NCBI GenBank assembly: GCA_019704295.1 | Contig: AP024596.1 | Location: 1,344,001 to 1,408,000 of the forward strand | Source of the DNA: Sulfolobales archaeon HS-7 | GTDB taxonomy: Archaea; Thermoproteota; Thermoprotei_A; Sulfolobales; Sulfolobaceae | Direction of reading: 5' to 3' | Length of the DNA stretch: 64,000 nucleotides | In this document: positions 8,841 through 20,405 of the stretch, piece by piece | Numbering within the stretch: the stretch's first letter is position 1 | How the letters are laid out: every line of letters begins with the position of its first letter | Translations under genes and position numbers: made by a program | Notes under the pieces: model-generated | The model's database searches: none | Seen by the model: only the letters and a program-made list of their open reading frames with translations | Told to the model about the DNA's origin: nothing

Positions 8841-10961
8841 CTATTGAGTTTTAGATTTTTTCAATACCGCTATCATAGCAGGAAAATAGAAATTCCTGAT
8901 GACAAACGTGTCTAATGCTATAGCTATTATGAAAGCTATTCCTAACTGCTCTAAAAATCCTACCGGTATTAACGCTAAGACTCCCAATGACAATGCCAAA
9001 ATTATCCCCAATGCAGTTACAATCTTTCCAGTTCTGGAAAATGCCTTAGGAATGACTTCCGTGCGACTTTTAGAAGATTCCTCCTCCACGGTGGAGATTA
9101 TGAACGTGCTATAGTCACTTCCTAATGACATTAACAATACGAATAGTATTATGGGAATTAGGTATATTAACTGTTGATGGAGGACTGTTGACGAAACGAA
9201 ATAAAGCAGTACGGCGGACCAGCTGATACTTATTATAACCCCGGATACTGAAATCAATGCGTATTTTATAGACTTAAATGATACTCCTATCACTAAGCCT
9301 GCTACAATGGTTAGTAGAATTTCTAGAAGGGGATAGTAAATGTTATTGATTCTCTGCTGGTCTATAATACTAGATGTAAGACCTCCCACAATTATTCTAC
9401 TGTTCTCCCTTAAATGTGAAACTAGGTCTATGGCATTGGTGGAGTAAGGAGAGTAATTTGAATAAAGTGTATAGTAGTAATAGTTACTAATTTTAAATTC
9501 GGAAATGTTGTTGTCAACTACAGAGTCTCCCTGTAAGAATGGGCCAGTTCCACCGGTAATTCCCTTAACCGTAAGTAGGTAGTTAGATATGTTCCTTAGC
9601 TGGTTACTGTCATTTGTAATTACAAATATAGGGAAAATGAAATTAGAACCGAATTTATCCTCAAGGTAATTCAATCCCTGAATACTCGGTAAACTGTTGG
9701 ATAGACCGGCTTGAATGTTGTAAGTTGTAGGTAAGTTTACGAAAAATAAAATTGAGGGGATGGCGAGGATCAAGATCACTCCTATAACTAGGAACTTATG
9801 GTTAACTGAGTATTTAGACGTCTTATAGAAAAACGATCTCTCGATCGAGCCATTTTCCTTAGCTTTTACGTTACCTAGAATCTTTTTCCCTGACCAAGAG
9901 ATTAACGAAGGAACGAAAGTAATCATAAGCGTTACAGTGAGTAAGACTGAGATGACTAGCACTATCCCCCAGGATAAGAAACCTGGAATTAACGAGAACG
10001 TCAATAGACTAAACCCCACTGTTAACCCGCTTATCAATACCGTTTTCCCCGCCCTGCTGGCAGTTTCAGAAGCGGCCTCATTATTAGACCTACCTGCTAG
10101 AAGCTCATTTTTATATCTACTTAATATAAATACTAAATAATCCGTGGTAATCCCTATTAATACTGCGGTAAGGGTGTAGTTCACTACGTAATCCACAGCG
10201 CCAATTAGCAGTCCTGTTATTACTATCCCTAAGTAACCCAGTAGTGTGGTTATTGATACTAAGAGGATAGCCAATAACGAAGCCCTATAGCTATATAACG
10301 TAATTCCCACGGCTATTGCCAACACTACGAAGATCAGGCCAAAGGCGAATCCGCTACGCGACGTCAGGCGTTGAGTATCATATAATATCGCCCCGTCCCC
10401 AGTAATGTAGAAAGAGCTAAAGTGGTTAGAGGCTATCCCCTTAATCTCTTGGTAATCTTGTTGAGAGGGTGTTTCCCCATTAGATAAGTAATAATTACTA
10501 GATACATTAAATACAATAAATATAAGAAAAGTAGAATTATCCTTACTTACATAGCTATCCCTAATGAAAGGCGGAACGTCCTTTAGGCCGTTCTTTTCGA
10601 CGTATTGAGTTGCAATAGTTGCGTTGTGGGTAATTTCTGTCAAGAACTCTATGTAATCCGAAAAAGGCGATTCCACCTTTGATACGTAAGGCAGTTTTCC
10701 TATTTCTTGCTGGAATTTAAGTACGTTACTAGGTGATGTGTTATAGGGGTCCTGTTTAACTATTAAAATTAAAGTATCGTTATTTATAGGCGATAATATT
10801 TCATTAGCTATGTAGCTTTCGCTGTTTTTGAGCGCGGGATTCTGTTGATTATAGGTTATGAATTTACCGTAATTTAAGGCCGGGACTATGATTAAGAAAA
10901 GGACTATAACCCAGACTATTACTACTAATCTTTTCCTTTTGATTATGTTATTCCAACTCAT
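8841..10961 (-). CDS. MMPL/RND-family transporter
   Basis: Two repeats of TM + large loop + 5 TM; 'GITTDYLVFILSRY' and 'SLGSDYSTFI' MMPL motifs. Confidence 0.9.
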   Translation of the reverse strand: MSWNNIIKRKRLVVIVWVIVLFLIIVPALNYGKFITYNQQNPALKNSESYIANEILSPINNDTLILIVKQDPYNTSPSNVLKFQQEIGKLPYVSKVESPFSDYIEFLTEITHNATIATQYVEKNGLKDVPPFIRDSYVSKDNSTFLIFIVFNVSSNYYLSNGETPSQQDYQEIKGIASNHFSSFYITGDGAILYDTQRLTSRSGFAFGLIFVVLAIAVGITLYSYRASLLAILLVSITTLLGYLGIVITGLLIGAVDYVVNYTLTAVLIGITTDYLVFILSRYKNELLAGRSNNEAASETASRAGKTVLISGLTVGFSLLTFSLIPGFLSWGIVLVISVLLTVTLMITFVPSLISWSGKKILGNVKAKENGSIERSFFYKTSKYSVNHKFLVIGVILILAIPSILFFVNLPTTYNIQAGLSNSLPSIQGLNYLEDKFGSNFIFPIFVITNDSNQLRNISNYLLTVKGITGGTGPFLQGDSVVDNNISEFKISNYYYYTLYSNYSPYSTNAIDLVSHLRENSRIIVGGLTSSIIDQQRINNIYYPLLEILLTIVAGLVIGVSFKSIKYALISVSGVIISISWSAVLLYFVSSTVLHQQLIYLIPIILFVLLMSLGSDYSTFIISTVEEESSKSRTEVIPKAFSRTGKIVTALGIILALSLGVLALIPVGFLEQLGIAFIIAIALDTFVIRNFYFPAMIAVLKKSKTQ

Positions 10962-11001
10962 AATGAGAATAGCAATAGTTAGTAAGAAAAGGGCTTACTA
11001 C

Positions 11002-11793
11002 TCAGTACTTAGAAAAAGCATTTATACCCCTAACAGAGTAATCGTACACCAGCATAACTTGAGCTAAGGGGTCTATTCTTCTAACTAGGTCAACAGTTTT
11101 TTTAGATTCTTTAATTCCACCGGTAAAGCATATTTCAGCGCCCTCACCTCCTCTATTATCTATGGTGATCACCGAACAGTCAAGAGTGAAACTCCTGATT
11201 TCCTCTAATTTCTTAGTAAATATTCCTAAAAGTATCACATCTGCCTTTATAAGGTCAACCTCTGGAATGATTCTAGCTATCTCCTTCAATTTCAGTAACA
11301 TACGTCTTATCTTTTCCGCCTTGTAATTTAGTCTTAATCCGATTTCTCCAACGTTAGCCCTAGGGTTCTCCGAAAGTATGGACAAAACTCTGGCCATATT
11401 CTTATTTGCGGAAATAAGGTCCTGTTCAGGAAAATACTTCATTATGGGAGACCCTGACACCATCGAAAAGTCCCTGATCAATGAGTCTACTGCGAACGGA
11501 CTTTCAGCCTCTATTCCATAGACATTGAAGTTTTCTAGGCACCTAAATTTCACGAATATTCGATCATCCTCTATATCTCTTAAATTTGGGAAAGCAACGT
11601 AGGCGAAATACTTTCCGTATACGTTGGGGTTCACGAAAAGTTTGAAACTCCTTATTATCCCCTCTTCAAGTAATCTCCTGAATCTAGCGTTAATACTAGG
11701 GGAGGAGACGTTCAATAATTTAGCTAACTTATTCTGAGAGGTTCTACCATCCTTAAGCAAATAGAAGATAATTCTCCTGTCGATATCATCCAT
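11002..11793 (-). CDS. Lrp/AsnC-family transcriptional regulator (long archaeal form)
   Basis: 'MDDIDRRIIFYLLKDGRTSQNKLAKLLNVS' HTH and a second HTH-like segment. Confidence 0.85.
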   Translation of the reverse strand: MDDIDRRIIFYLLKDGRTSQNKLAKLLNVSSPSINARFRRLLEEGIIRSFKLFVNPNVYGKYFAYVAFPNLRDIEDDRIFVKFRCLENFNVYGIEAESPFAVDSLIRDFSMVSGSPIMKYFPEQDLISANKNMARVLSILSENPRANVGEIGLRLNYKAEKIRRMLLKLKEIARIIPEVDLIKADVILLGIFTKKLEEIRSFTLDCSVITIDNRGGEGAEICFTGGIKESKKTVDLVRRIDPLAQVMLVYDYSVRGINAFSKY

Positions 11794-12050
11794 AGGTGTT
11801 AAAAGGTAATTAGCGATAAATCTTTTTTCATGATCTTTTAAACGTGTAAGACCGATTTACGTGAGCCCTAAGCTGAATGGATTCGCTAATCACCGTAAGC
11901 GTATGTACGGTGTAATCCTCGAAGTATTTCTCACATGTAACTAAGGTTAGGTGTTACGACGTAGACAAAGACGTCTTCATTTTTAGTTCAAACCTTAGTT
12001 AACAAGGTAATGTAAATAGCAGAAGGGATTGAAAATGCCTTGAAGTCGCT

Positions 12051-13568
12051 TTACCTTTTTCTGACCAATAGCACCAGTGCTACAATAACTACTAAGATTA
12101 CTATTGGTATGGCGATATAAGTAATGGGGATTTTGGTAGATATTGCAGTCGTAGTGGTTGCTGTCAGACCGGTCCTGCTTGTCTGAGCCTGACTAGTTGT
12201 GCTTGTCTGAGCCTGACTAGTTGTGCTTGTCTGAGAACCTGTTGTCATTACCTGTGTAAAGATTATTTGTTGAGTAACTTGCGAGTCGTGGACTGTTATT
12301 GTACCCGATTGCTGGGATATGGTGTAGCCTTGCACAGGACTAACAGTATAGGTATAGGCACCGTTAGGTAAGTAGAAGGTTATGGTGTTAGTTGTAGATG
12401 TCTTAGTAACTCCGTTTAAGGTAACAGACCAAGGTGTATTAGGAGGTAATCCGGACTCCACGAGGGTAACCTCATACCCGGTTACGTTTGCAGTAGCGAT
12501 AATGCCTATGCTGCCGGAAGCCTTATTTGCTACGTATAAGCGAGCGTTACCAGGGTCATAGGTAATACCATGAGGCTCTTTCCCTACCTGGATATTGGTT
12601 AAAACGGTATTATTAGCGGGATTAATAACAGATACGAGGCCAGAGTCGTTAGGAAAATAACCTGTCACATACAAGTAACCGTTACCGGGATCGTATACAA
12701 GACACCTTGAATTGTCTGGTACGTTTACATGGGTTATAATAGTGTTTGAGTGGGGGTCAATAGTACTCACACTACAAATACCTGTCACATATATGTAACC
12801 GTTGCTGGGATCGTATGTAATACCCTCTGGAAATCCTTGTGTTGTCGGAATTCCAAATGATATATTGGTTATTGCCTTATCTGTAGATGGATTAACAACT
12901 GACACATAGGCATAACCGGTAGCAGAAGAACCTGTCACATATATGTAACCGTTACCGGGATCGTAGACGATATCGTTAGGTAAAAACCCCACTGATATAT
13001 TGCCTACGACTTGATCAGCAGATGGGTTAATAACAGACACAAAAACAGAACCGCTATCTGTTACGTACAAGTAGCCGTTACTGGAATCATAAGCGATTCC
13101 CTTGGGATAATTTCCGACTGTTATGTTGGCTATCACGACATTATCGGCAGGGTCAATAACAGACACGTTATTGGAGAGTGCGTCTACTACGTACAAGTAA
13201 CCGTTACTGGGGTCGTATGTAATACCCTCAGGTTGATTTCCGACCGTTATGTTGGTTAGGATGGTGTTGTTAGCGGGGTCGATGACGGTGACAATATTAT
13301 TAGCGTAAGATTCCGTCACGTACAAGTAACCGTTACTAGGGTCGTAAGCTATGTCGTAAGGAAAAGCAAAAGGGCTTCCATTGTTGAAGTTCCCGTTCAT
13401 AACTTCGCCGCTGTATAACAGCAGTGTACATTTTACGTAACCCTCACTTGTAACATTATTTGCCTGAGAATGCGCTACTATTGACGTATTTAAGCCAGAG
13501 GCAGTGAAAAAAGTTAGTAATAGTAACGCCTCCACTATTAATAGTCTTAGACTTTTATTTATTAACAT
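12051..13568 (-). CDS. YVTN beta-propeller surface protein with S/T-rich linker and TM anchor; start probably ATG 13568
   Basis: Seven 'YDPxNGYLYVT'-type repeats, signal peptide from MLINKS, 'ESGLP..W.VTLNG' domain, C-terminal TM with RKR. Confidence 0.85.
   Translation of the reverse strand: MLINKSLRLLIVEALLLLTFFTASGLNTSIVAHSQANNVTSEGYVKCTLLLYSGEVMNGNFNNGSPFAFPYDIAYDPSNGYLYVTESYANNIVTVIDPANNTILTNITVGNQPEGITYDPSNGYLYVVDALSNNVSVIDPADNVVIANITVGNYPKGIAYDSSNGYLYVTDSGSVFVSVINPSADQVVGNISVGFLPNDIVYDPGNGYIYVTGSSATGYAYVSVVNPSTDKAITNISFGIPTTQGFPEGITYDPSNGYIYVTGICSVSTIDPHSNTIITHVNVPDNSRCLVYDPGNGYLYVTGYFPNDSGLVSVINPANNTVLTNIQVGKEPHGITYDPGNARLYVANKASGSIGIIATANVTGYEVTLVESGLPPNTPWSVTLNGVTKTSTTNTITFYLPNGAYTYTVSPVQGYTISQQSGTITVHDSQVTQQIIFTQVMTTGSQTSTTSQAQTSTTSQAQTSRTGLTATTTTAISTKIPITYIAIPIVILVVIVALVLLVRKR
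12177..12235. repeat. 24-bp tandem repeat (~2.5 copies) encoding the TSTTSQAQ linker
   Basis: GCTTGTCTGAGCCTGACTAGTTGT twice, then GCTTGTCTGAG. Confidence 0.9.
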
Positions 13569-13879
13569 TATATATTTCTGAACTTTCAGGTATATAAAGT
13601 TGCTTTGAGTTGTAGATAAAGAGGATGCCACAAGCGCTGGATTCCTATACGTACTTACCTGAACAAGGGGAGTAGGCACTTCCGTAGGAATATACTTATG
13701 CGAAGAGATACTTCCCTCACACTTAACGTGTACGCTTAGATAGGCGCTGAGAGGCAAGTCTTAGTCCCCGTTTACTCTTCAAAAAGTACTTTAACCTAAT
13801 ACGTACTAACCAAGTATAGCTTTTCCCTTTACAATGAAATCATTAAAATTAATTTCAAAAATATTCTACTCAAGTTTTA

Positions 13880-14230
13880 AAATTTTACAATTCTCCATGA
13901 AGTCGCGGTATGGAGAGAGTATTACATTATAGGAGATGAAGCCTAATTAGGGGAGTGATGCCTCCTCGTCGTCTACGTTCCTTCCCTTAATGCTCTCTAA
14001 AGTACGATGAGTAAAGGAGAAGCCTTTCCACATACTTCCTCATCTATTCTTTCTGACCAATTCATCATTTTCGCGACTAAGCCGGTAATGTCCTAGATTT
14101 TTAAACCCTCCTTTCCACCTCGTAATTCGATATTAGCGTCTCAATCACGTCGTTTAAGCTTACTTGCCTCTCTCTGGCTTAATTTCCTCCGCAAAATTGA
14201 TTAACTTCCTCTTTACCCTTATAATCGTGT
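13880..14230 (-). pseudogene. Possible decayed antitoxin/PIN (vapBC-like) remnant
   Basis: Broken frames read 'IRVKRKLINFAEEI / RQVSLNDVIETLI' (antitoxin-like) and 'IM*YSLHTATS' (like PIN 'DSLHAAT'). Confidence 0.3.
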
Positions 14231-14556
14231 AAAGTACAGGTGCGCTTTGGATACTCCATTGAAAAAGCCTACGACTATAAAACCAGCGTGGACAATAATT
14301 TAGTTAGTCCGGTTTAAATTATATACTGTCCTTACTCTTTTTTAAGAAGAGCTTACGTATTTCTCTCTAGGGCAAGCGAGGGAGTAGTACTTGAGATAAG
14401 ATCATGGGAACTAAGCACAAAGTTCCGGGCTCTTACGCAAATAATATTTGACCCTAATCGGAGATTAACCTTGGGTTCCTCTTTCGGATACTGTAGCCCA
14501 TACCTTAGCTGAGCAATCGCTAGGGCTATTTATTAAGGAGGAGAGAATTTCCTTTT

Positions 14557-16287
14557 TCACTCCTTCACACATTCCTCTATAAAGGAAATTACGTAAGAGT
14601 ACTCAGTAGCCTCGGACTTCGGATCAGCAATTGCGTGTCCTGACTCATCAACGTATAGCATAACGTCGTTTCCCAATTTCTTCGATTTCGCAACGTACTT
14701 TAACGCGTGAGCTGGATGTACCCTATCGTCGTTTACGCCGGTATAGACGAACGTTTTCGGCAGACCTCTCCTTAAGTTGTGGTAAGGACTGTAGGACAGG
14801 AGATACTCCCTGAATTCGGGATTGCCAGGATCTCCGTATTCCTCAATCCAATACTTACCGACATATAGCTTATCATACCTTAACATATCAAGTACGGGAT
14901 GTCCAATAACAGCGCAATCAATTAAATCGGGGTATTCATTCTCCGTAGCGCCTACCAGTAAACCCCCATTACTAGCCCCCATCGCGATTACCCTTCCTCC
15001 CATAGCTTTGACTAACTTAAGGAATTCCGAGAAGTCCTTGAACACATTCCTTTTGTTAAGCAGCATCCCAGCTTTGTGCCACTCCTCTCCGTTCTCATAC
15101 CCACCTCTCAAATTAGCGACTATTAAGGAAAAGCCCTTGTCAAGGAGAATCCTTGTGTACATGGGAAGAGAGGGAAGAAGGGAGATTCCAAAGCCTCCAT
15201 AGCCGTAAACCAAAACTCCCTTGGGGTTGTCAACTTTGGACAAGAGGAAACCGTGAAGCATAACGTCTCCGCTTTTAACGTAAATGTCTTTGACCGTTAC
15301 CTCGTAACTCCCGTATTCCATTACTACCTCGTTCTTTTCCCGCTTCTTGGTAACTCGGAATTTGTAGTTAAAAGAACTCTCAACGAGGAACAAAGACGAA
15401 CCTTCACTATCCATGATGGTTACGTTATCGTGCATTTCCTCTCCCTCTTTGGACCCCTTGAGATCGTAGAAAAGCAAGGGAGTCCTGTAATCCCTTATCA
15501 CCTCTACAGCTAATGAATCTCCGACAAGGGAAGCATCCACAACAGGATACTCAATCTTAATCTTTCTCTCCCCTAGGTGAATTTCGTCATTTCTTTGGTA
15601 GATTAATTCGTCTTTGAAGTCTATCACGTTAACCACTTCGCCTTCATCCACCTTCCTTAATTGATCAAAGCTTTCCCCTACGTAAAGTTCCCCGTATCGC
15701 CAACCCTTCCTCCTCACGAGGGTTATGCGATCTTTGAAGGGTTTAATCGAGATGAATTCCCCGGGTTTAAGATCCCTTCCGTAAACAACGCTTTCACCAC
15801 AGAAGACCCTATCGGTTGGAAATTCGCCTCCGTCGGGAGGAGGTGAGTAACTAAAGCTCTTGACGTAGCAGAGCTCTCCTTTAAAATAGAATGGCGACTC
15901 TATTAACTCTCCTAACTCCCTCGTTTTCCCCTCAAGTAACAATAGAGTGGTAACCTTATCACTTCCCTTTTTCCCTATACTGACCCCTATTTCCTTGGAA
16001 TTGTAGACTTTCCATATTTCAGAGGCAACGTAACCTTCGGGAGGAGTGTAGACCTCTCTATTTCCTAGAAGAACGCTGTTCCTTTCCCCGTAAAGGAGTA
16101 TTACCGGATTGCTCTCATCGTACGCGAACATTGAGAGAACGTGAGGTTCCCTGTAAATGCTCAACAATGCGGGGTAAAGTTGCTTAGCCTTTTCCCCCAG
16201 CCTCTCCTCCACAATTCGATTTTCGTTTTCTATAAAGGATTTAGTTTTCTCATAGGACAAGTCCTCTAGATACTCGAATTCATCCAT
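14557..16287 (-). CDS. Prolyl oligopeptidase (S9A)
   Basis: YGYGGF, NLRGGYENG, GASNGG nucleophile elbow, DDRVHP, GH. Confidence 0.95.
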   Translation of the reverse strand: MDEFEYLEDLSYEKTKSFIENENRIVEERLGEKAKQLYPALLSIYREPHVLSMFAYDESNPVILLYGERNSVLLGNREVYTPPEGYVASEIWKVYNSKEIGVSIGKKGSDKVTTLLLLEGKTRELGELIESPFYFKGELCYVKSFSYSPPPDGGEFPTDRVFCGESVVYGRDLKPGEFISIKPFKDRITLVRRKGWRYGELYVGESFDQLRKVDEGEVVNVIDFKDELIYQRNDEIHLGERKIKIEYPVVDASLVGDSLAVEVIRDYRTPLLFYDLKGSKEGEEMHDNVTIMDSEGSSLFLVESSFNYKFRVTKKREKNEVVMEYGSYEVTVKDIYVKSGDVMLHGFLLSKVDNPKGVLVYGYGGFGISLLPSLPMYTRILLDKGFSLIVANLRGGYENGEEWHKAGMLLNKRNVFKDFSEFLKLVKAMGGRVIAMGASNGGLLVGATENEYPDLIDCAVIGHPVLDMLRYDKLYVGKYWIEEYGDPGNPEFREYLLSYSPYHNLRRGLPKTFVYTGVNDDRVHPAHALKYVAKSKKLGNDVMLYVDESGHAIADPKSEATEYSYVISFIEECVKE

Positions 16288-16643
16288 ATTACGATAGTAG
16301 AGTGAAAACGTAAAAAGTTTAGATGCTGTGGTTAACGATAAATCTCTAATTCCTCCTCTAGTGAGGTTTTACGTGCGGGAAGTTGAGGTCTTTAATTTGA
16401 ACGAGTACTCTGACAACAGCTAATGCTGTGTACTTAGTTTTAGAAAGCGATTGTACTATTGAACAGTCAGGGAACCCTGCGTACACTCCCTTTTGAGGAC
16501 TTATACTTTGTTAGGTTTAGAAATTGAGATTATCAGTTAGTATGTAACAAATGCAAAGTATGATTTCCATTATTCCACGGAGTTAGGCTTGTTATGCACT
16601 GTCCAATGAGGGATTTTCTCTTAACTCTCAAGGTCTGATTAAA

Positions 16644-17642
16644 CTACTCCGCGTTCTCTATCAAGATTCTACCGTCTCTGTTATCAGCCCACAACTGCTT
16701 TAACGCCTTAGCTCCGTCCTTAAGCTTGAACTTCCTCCACGTCTTAACCTTACAATCCTTACACAGGTTTATTAACTCGACGAAGTCCTTCCTATTCCCC
16801 CTATTTACCCCCAATATAGCGATATGTCTCGAGTACAGCTGAGACAGGTTCAGTTTCACTTCAGCACCCGTAAGCGTCCCGAAGGTAATGAGCCTCCCCC
16901 TAACCCCGAGAACTTGAAGTCCTTTCTCCCAGAACTTTTCCCCCAGGGAGTTAACCACTACGTCGGCCATTTTTCCGTCTGTGAAATCCCTCACCTTATC
17001 TTCTACGCCGTCGTAATCTACAACTACGTCAGCTCCGTAGCCTGTGAGCCACTCCTTTTTACTTACCGCAATTACGTTTGCGCCGAACTTCTTTCCTAAC
17101 TGAACGAGGAACATTCCCGTATTCCCAGATGCGCCGAACACCACTAGGGTTTCCCCAGCCCTCAAACCGCTGACTTTTAAGGAGTGATATGCGGTTAATC
17201 CCGCAACTGTCAAACTCGAGGAGAGTTCCCAGGAGTAACCTTCAGGCACTTTGTAAACGTACTTCTGATCCAAGGAGACGTACTCGCCCCATCCTCCATT
17301 TGCGTCAATTCCTATCCTTCCACCGTTTCTGCAAACGGTCTCGTAACCCTCCATACACATGTCGCAGGTTCCGTCAAATACTCTCCCGTAAATTGTAACC
17401 TTATCCCCTACATTAACCCCTTTTACCTTATCACCTACCTTAACTACCTCCCCCGCGAATTCCACTCCCGGGATATGAGGTATGGGATTTACCTTATGTG
17501 AAGTAACGGTGTAGAGATCAACGGGATTTACTCCCGCCGTTTTCACCCTGATCATAACGTCATTTTCCCCTGGACTGGGGTCGGGATATTCGGAGTACTT
17601 AAGATTCTCCAATCCGCTTTTCTCGAATACTAAGGCTTTCAT
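16644..17642 (-). CDS. MDR-superfamily NAD(P)-dependent alcohol dehydrogenase/reductase
   Basis: GVNPVD/PGVEFAG (catalytic-Zn ligands absent), D-x2-C-x2-C-x7-C structural Zn site, GASGNTG. Confidence 0.9.
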   Translation of the reverse strand: MKALVFEKSGLENLKYSEYPDPSPGENDVMIRVKTAGVNPVDLYTVTSHKVNPIPHIPGVEFAGEVVKVGDKVKGVNVGDKVTIYGRVFDGTCDMCMEGYETVCRNGGRIGIDANGGWGEYVSLDQKYVYKVPEGYSWELSSSLTVAGLTAYHSLKVSGLRAGETLVVFGASGNTGMFLVQLGKKFGANVIAVSKKEWLTGYGADVVVDYDGVEDKVRDFTDGKMADVVVNSLGEKFWEKGLQVLGVRGRLITFGTLTGAEVKLNLSQLYSRHIAILGVNRGNRKDFVELINLCKDCKVKTWRKFKLKDGAKALKQLWADNRDGRILIENAE

Positions 17643-17782
17643 GAAGGATACTGTTGTTTCCGATTTAGAAATTTTCCCAGTGAAAACCTCTAGGTACCTC
17701 CTAAAGTCCTGGTCGTGGAGGTCGTAGATTTTGGACGTTTTCGACTAACAAGGTTCCATTCGGATAACCTCTCAACCTTAAA

Positions 17783-18835
17783 TTAAGGCAAATTTCTGAG
17801 GAATCTCTCATACTCGTCTGCTGTCTTCTCCCAGTTATATTTGTTTGACTCCTCCACAGAGCTCTTGCTAAAGGTCTTATTTCCGTCCTCTAGTACGTAC
17901 TCTACAGCTTTCGCTGCCTCATCGAAGTCCTTGTACTTCACCGTGAAACCGTTCTTTCCGTCCTTTATTATCTCGGGCATGCTCCCCGTATTGTACGCTA
18001 CCGCCGGAGTACCACAGGCATTAGCCTCAACTACTGTCATACCCCAACCCTCCACAAATGAGGTTGAAAGGAGAACCCACGCCCTCTGGTAGAGTTTGAC
18101 CTTAACCTCCTCACTTACTCTTCCCAGGAATTGTATTCCTTTCTCGTCGCACGCCCTTTTGACCTCTTCTGAAAGTTCTCCTCCTCCCGCAATTATCATA
18201 TCGGCTTTGGTCCTTAGTCTCTTAAAGATCTCGACAGCGTCTAAAGGGTTCTTATACCTCTTCATCCTTCCGATCCACAAGATTAACGGTTTCTCCGATT
18301 TCTCTCCCGGTTTGTACTTCTCGTGATCCACTCCGTTATGGATTACGGAAATCCTGCTTTCCTCTACACTGAACCTCCTCATCAATTCCCTTTTCGTCGT
18401 GTTGGACACCGCGATCAGGTACTTGTAGTTCCTCACCATCCTTTCCGCCGTCTTTACCGCATACGAAAGTGGGAAACTGAGTTCGTAATTGAGGACGTCC
18501 TGATGAACGTGGTGTATGAGGGCCACGCTCCTCCTGTTGGTGAGATAAGACATGAAGGGTACTGCGTGAGCCACGCTATCTATTACAACGTCATGCTTTC
18601 TCGCCTCAAAGGGAGATTTGAGGTGTAAAGTTAACTTTCCTCCTCTTCTTATTATCGTCACTCCCTTAATTACCTCCACCGAAGGTCTTCCCTTAACTTT
18701 CTCGGAGAGCCAGGTTACCTTATGCCTCTGGGATAGCCTAATCGCTATTTGATAGAGTACTTCCTCCGCACCGCCAGCCTGTGGGTGGTAGGGATCCCTG
18801 TGATTGACCAATAGCAAATCCATGAAGTAACTCAC
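17783..18835 (-). CDS. Glycosyltransferase family 4
   Basis: GGAE, IHNGVD, EGWGMTVVEANACGTP motifs. Confidence 0.92.
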   Translation of the reverse strand: MSYFMDLLLVNHRDPYHPQAGGAEEVLYQIAIRLSQRHKVTWLSEKVKGRPSVEVIKGVTIIRRGGKLTLHLKSPFEARKHDVVIDSVAHAVPFMSYLTNRRSVALIHHVHQDVLNYELSFPLSYAVKTAERMVRNYKYLIAVSNTTKRELMRRFSVEESRISVIHNGVDHEKYKPGEKSEKPLILWIGRMKRYKNPLDAVEIFKRLRTKADMIIAGGGELSEEVKRACDEKGIQFLGRVSEEVKVKLYQRAWVLLSTSFVEGWGMTVVEANACGTPAVAYNTGSMPEIIKDGKNGFTVKYKDFDEAAKAVEYVLEDGNKTFSKSSVEESNKYNWEKTADEYERFLRNLP

Positions 18836-19442
18836 TGATCATATCCATGTACCACGTTTAAAGCCTAGTCGTCTTGAAATAGGAAAAATTCTCTGAGTGA
18901 TCTCTATGACAACAAACTGTCCCGGGGAAGAACAGTAATGAACTTTTCAGTGCAACGTAAATGCTCAAAAGTAAAGGGACGCCTCATATGCTTGTTGAAT
19001 TTATCTCGTTCACAATAGAGTTTTTAAGTTGTACAATTCTAACTCCCCTCTAACTACCCTCTTTTGCTATTCTCATTAGTCTTGCATCAAAAAATTTTGT
19101 GTCACTAAAACATTGTTATGTAAGTATTCTACAAAAAATACTGGATCAGCTTAAAAAGCGTGATAATATGACAAGTTAACCGGAGATCTGATGTGTTTCA
19201 CATGTAAACGCTGAGAATCACGCTGAGTTTTGAATTTTTCTAATAAGAGGATGCTCAATACGTAATTAACAGAATAACTGGATAAAGTGAAGAACGATTT
19301 CCTATTTATATTTAGTTCCTATGTTAGCTTAATTACATAAGCATTTACGTATAAAAATTCTTTACAATCTTTAATTTTCTTCCTTTTTAATGTGAAAAAA
19401 CTTTTACATACTAGGAATAGTATAGGTATTACAAAAAAATTC

Positions 19443-20405
19443 CTACTTCCTCTTAATTCTTAACTGATCAGGATGGGTAAGAGTATTATATCCTATTTTT
19501 TCATATATTTTATAGTTTTCGTAATTATCATATATTTTATTTTTAATAATATTAAGAAAATTAATAAACTCCTTTCTAATTACACTCCCCTCAAGAATTG
19601 CGGTAAACATCTCTTTCCTTTTTCTATTTTCAATATCAAATCCTAAGGAAATCTTATCAACCTTGCCCATTACTAAGTATTTATCTAAATTTTGAAAAAA
19701 ATCACTCAAGGACTCGTCCGGTATCAAAATGGGAGACAAAGCCAGGTAATAATCAGTATCAGTATCAATTGGAACGGAATCGCTTGTCGCATTTAGTTCT
19801 ATTACTCTACCTTCACCTCCTAAATTAGCAAATTTTTGATCGATATTTTCGAATAAGCTGTCGTTGCCATTTATGAATATTACGTAATTTACATTACCCT
19901 TGAAAGACAAATACCTAGCGGAATATAGATAATGTTCCTCCGCTGTCTTGGTATTCCTTCTGATCTTTATTCCTACCCTCCTCTGGAAGTGTATTACATC
20001 AAATAGTTTGTTCTTATTATAAAATAAATCATAGATTTCCTTTTCCCAACTTTCATACTTTTCACCTAATTTATCTATATTGTACAGAACAGAAAGATCG
20101 ATTTGATCTACTAAAGCGAACAAATTGCCCATTCTAAGTGGAAATAGGTATTTCTCGTTTACTTCTACCAAAGTACCATAAATTGTTATATTGCCCAATA
20201 AGTGATCAAGTTTTAGTAACCAATTGTCCCTAGGATTAGTTTTCAAATTGTCATACTTTAAGGAGCCAAGCATTCCAGCAACGGTTGAAGGCCTAGGTAT
20301 TATTAACGACTCAGCAAAATTATGGGAACCGGTAACTAGCGGTTCAAATTCACCTTGACTCCTTAACATCAAAGGTTCAACGTTTTTTAATGTAATCTTA
20401 ATCAT
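19443..20405 (-). CDS. cmr3: Type III-B CRISPR subunit Cmr3
   Basis: 'EPLMLRSQGEF...PRPSTVAG', 'LGGEGR' and 'KIGYNT'; last gene of the Cmr operon. Confidence 0.9.
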   Translation of the reverse strand: MIKITLKNVEPLMLRSQGEFEPLVTGSHNFAESLIIPRPSTVAGMLGSLKYDNLKTNPRDNWLLKLDHLLGNITIYGTLVEVNEKYLFPLRMGNLFALVDQIDLSVLYNIDKLGEKYESWEKEIYDLFYNKNKLFDVIHFQRRVGIKIRRNTKTAEEHYLYSARYLSFKGNVNYVIFINGNDSLFENIDQKFANLGGEGRVIELNATSDSVPIDTDTDYYLALSPILIPDESLSDFFQNLDKYLVMGKVDKISLGFDIENRKRKEMFTAILEGSVIRKEFINFLNIIKNKIYDNYENYKIYEKIGYNTLTHPDQLRIKRK

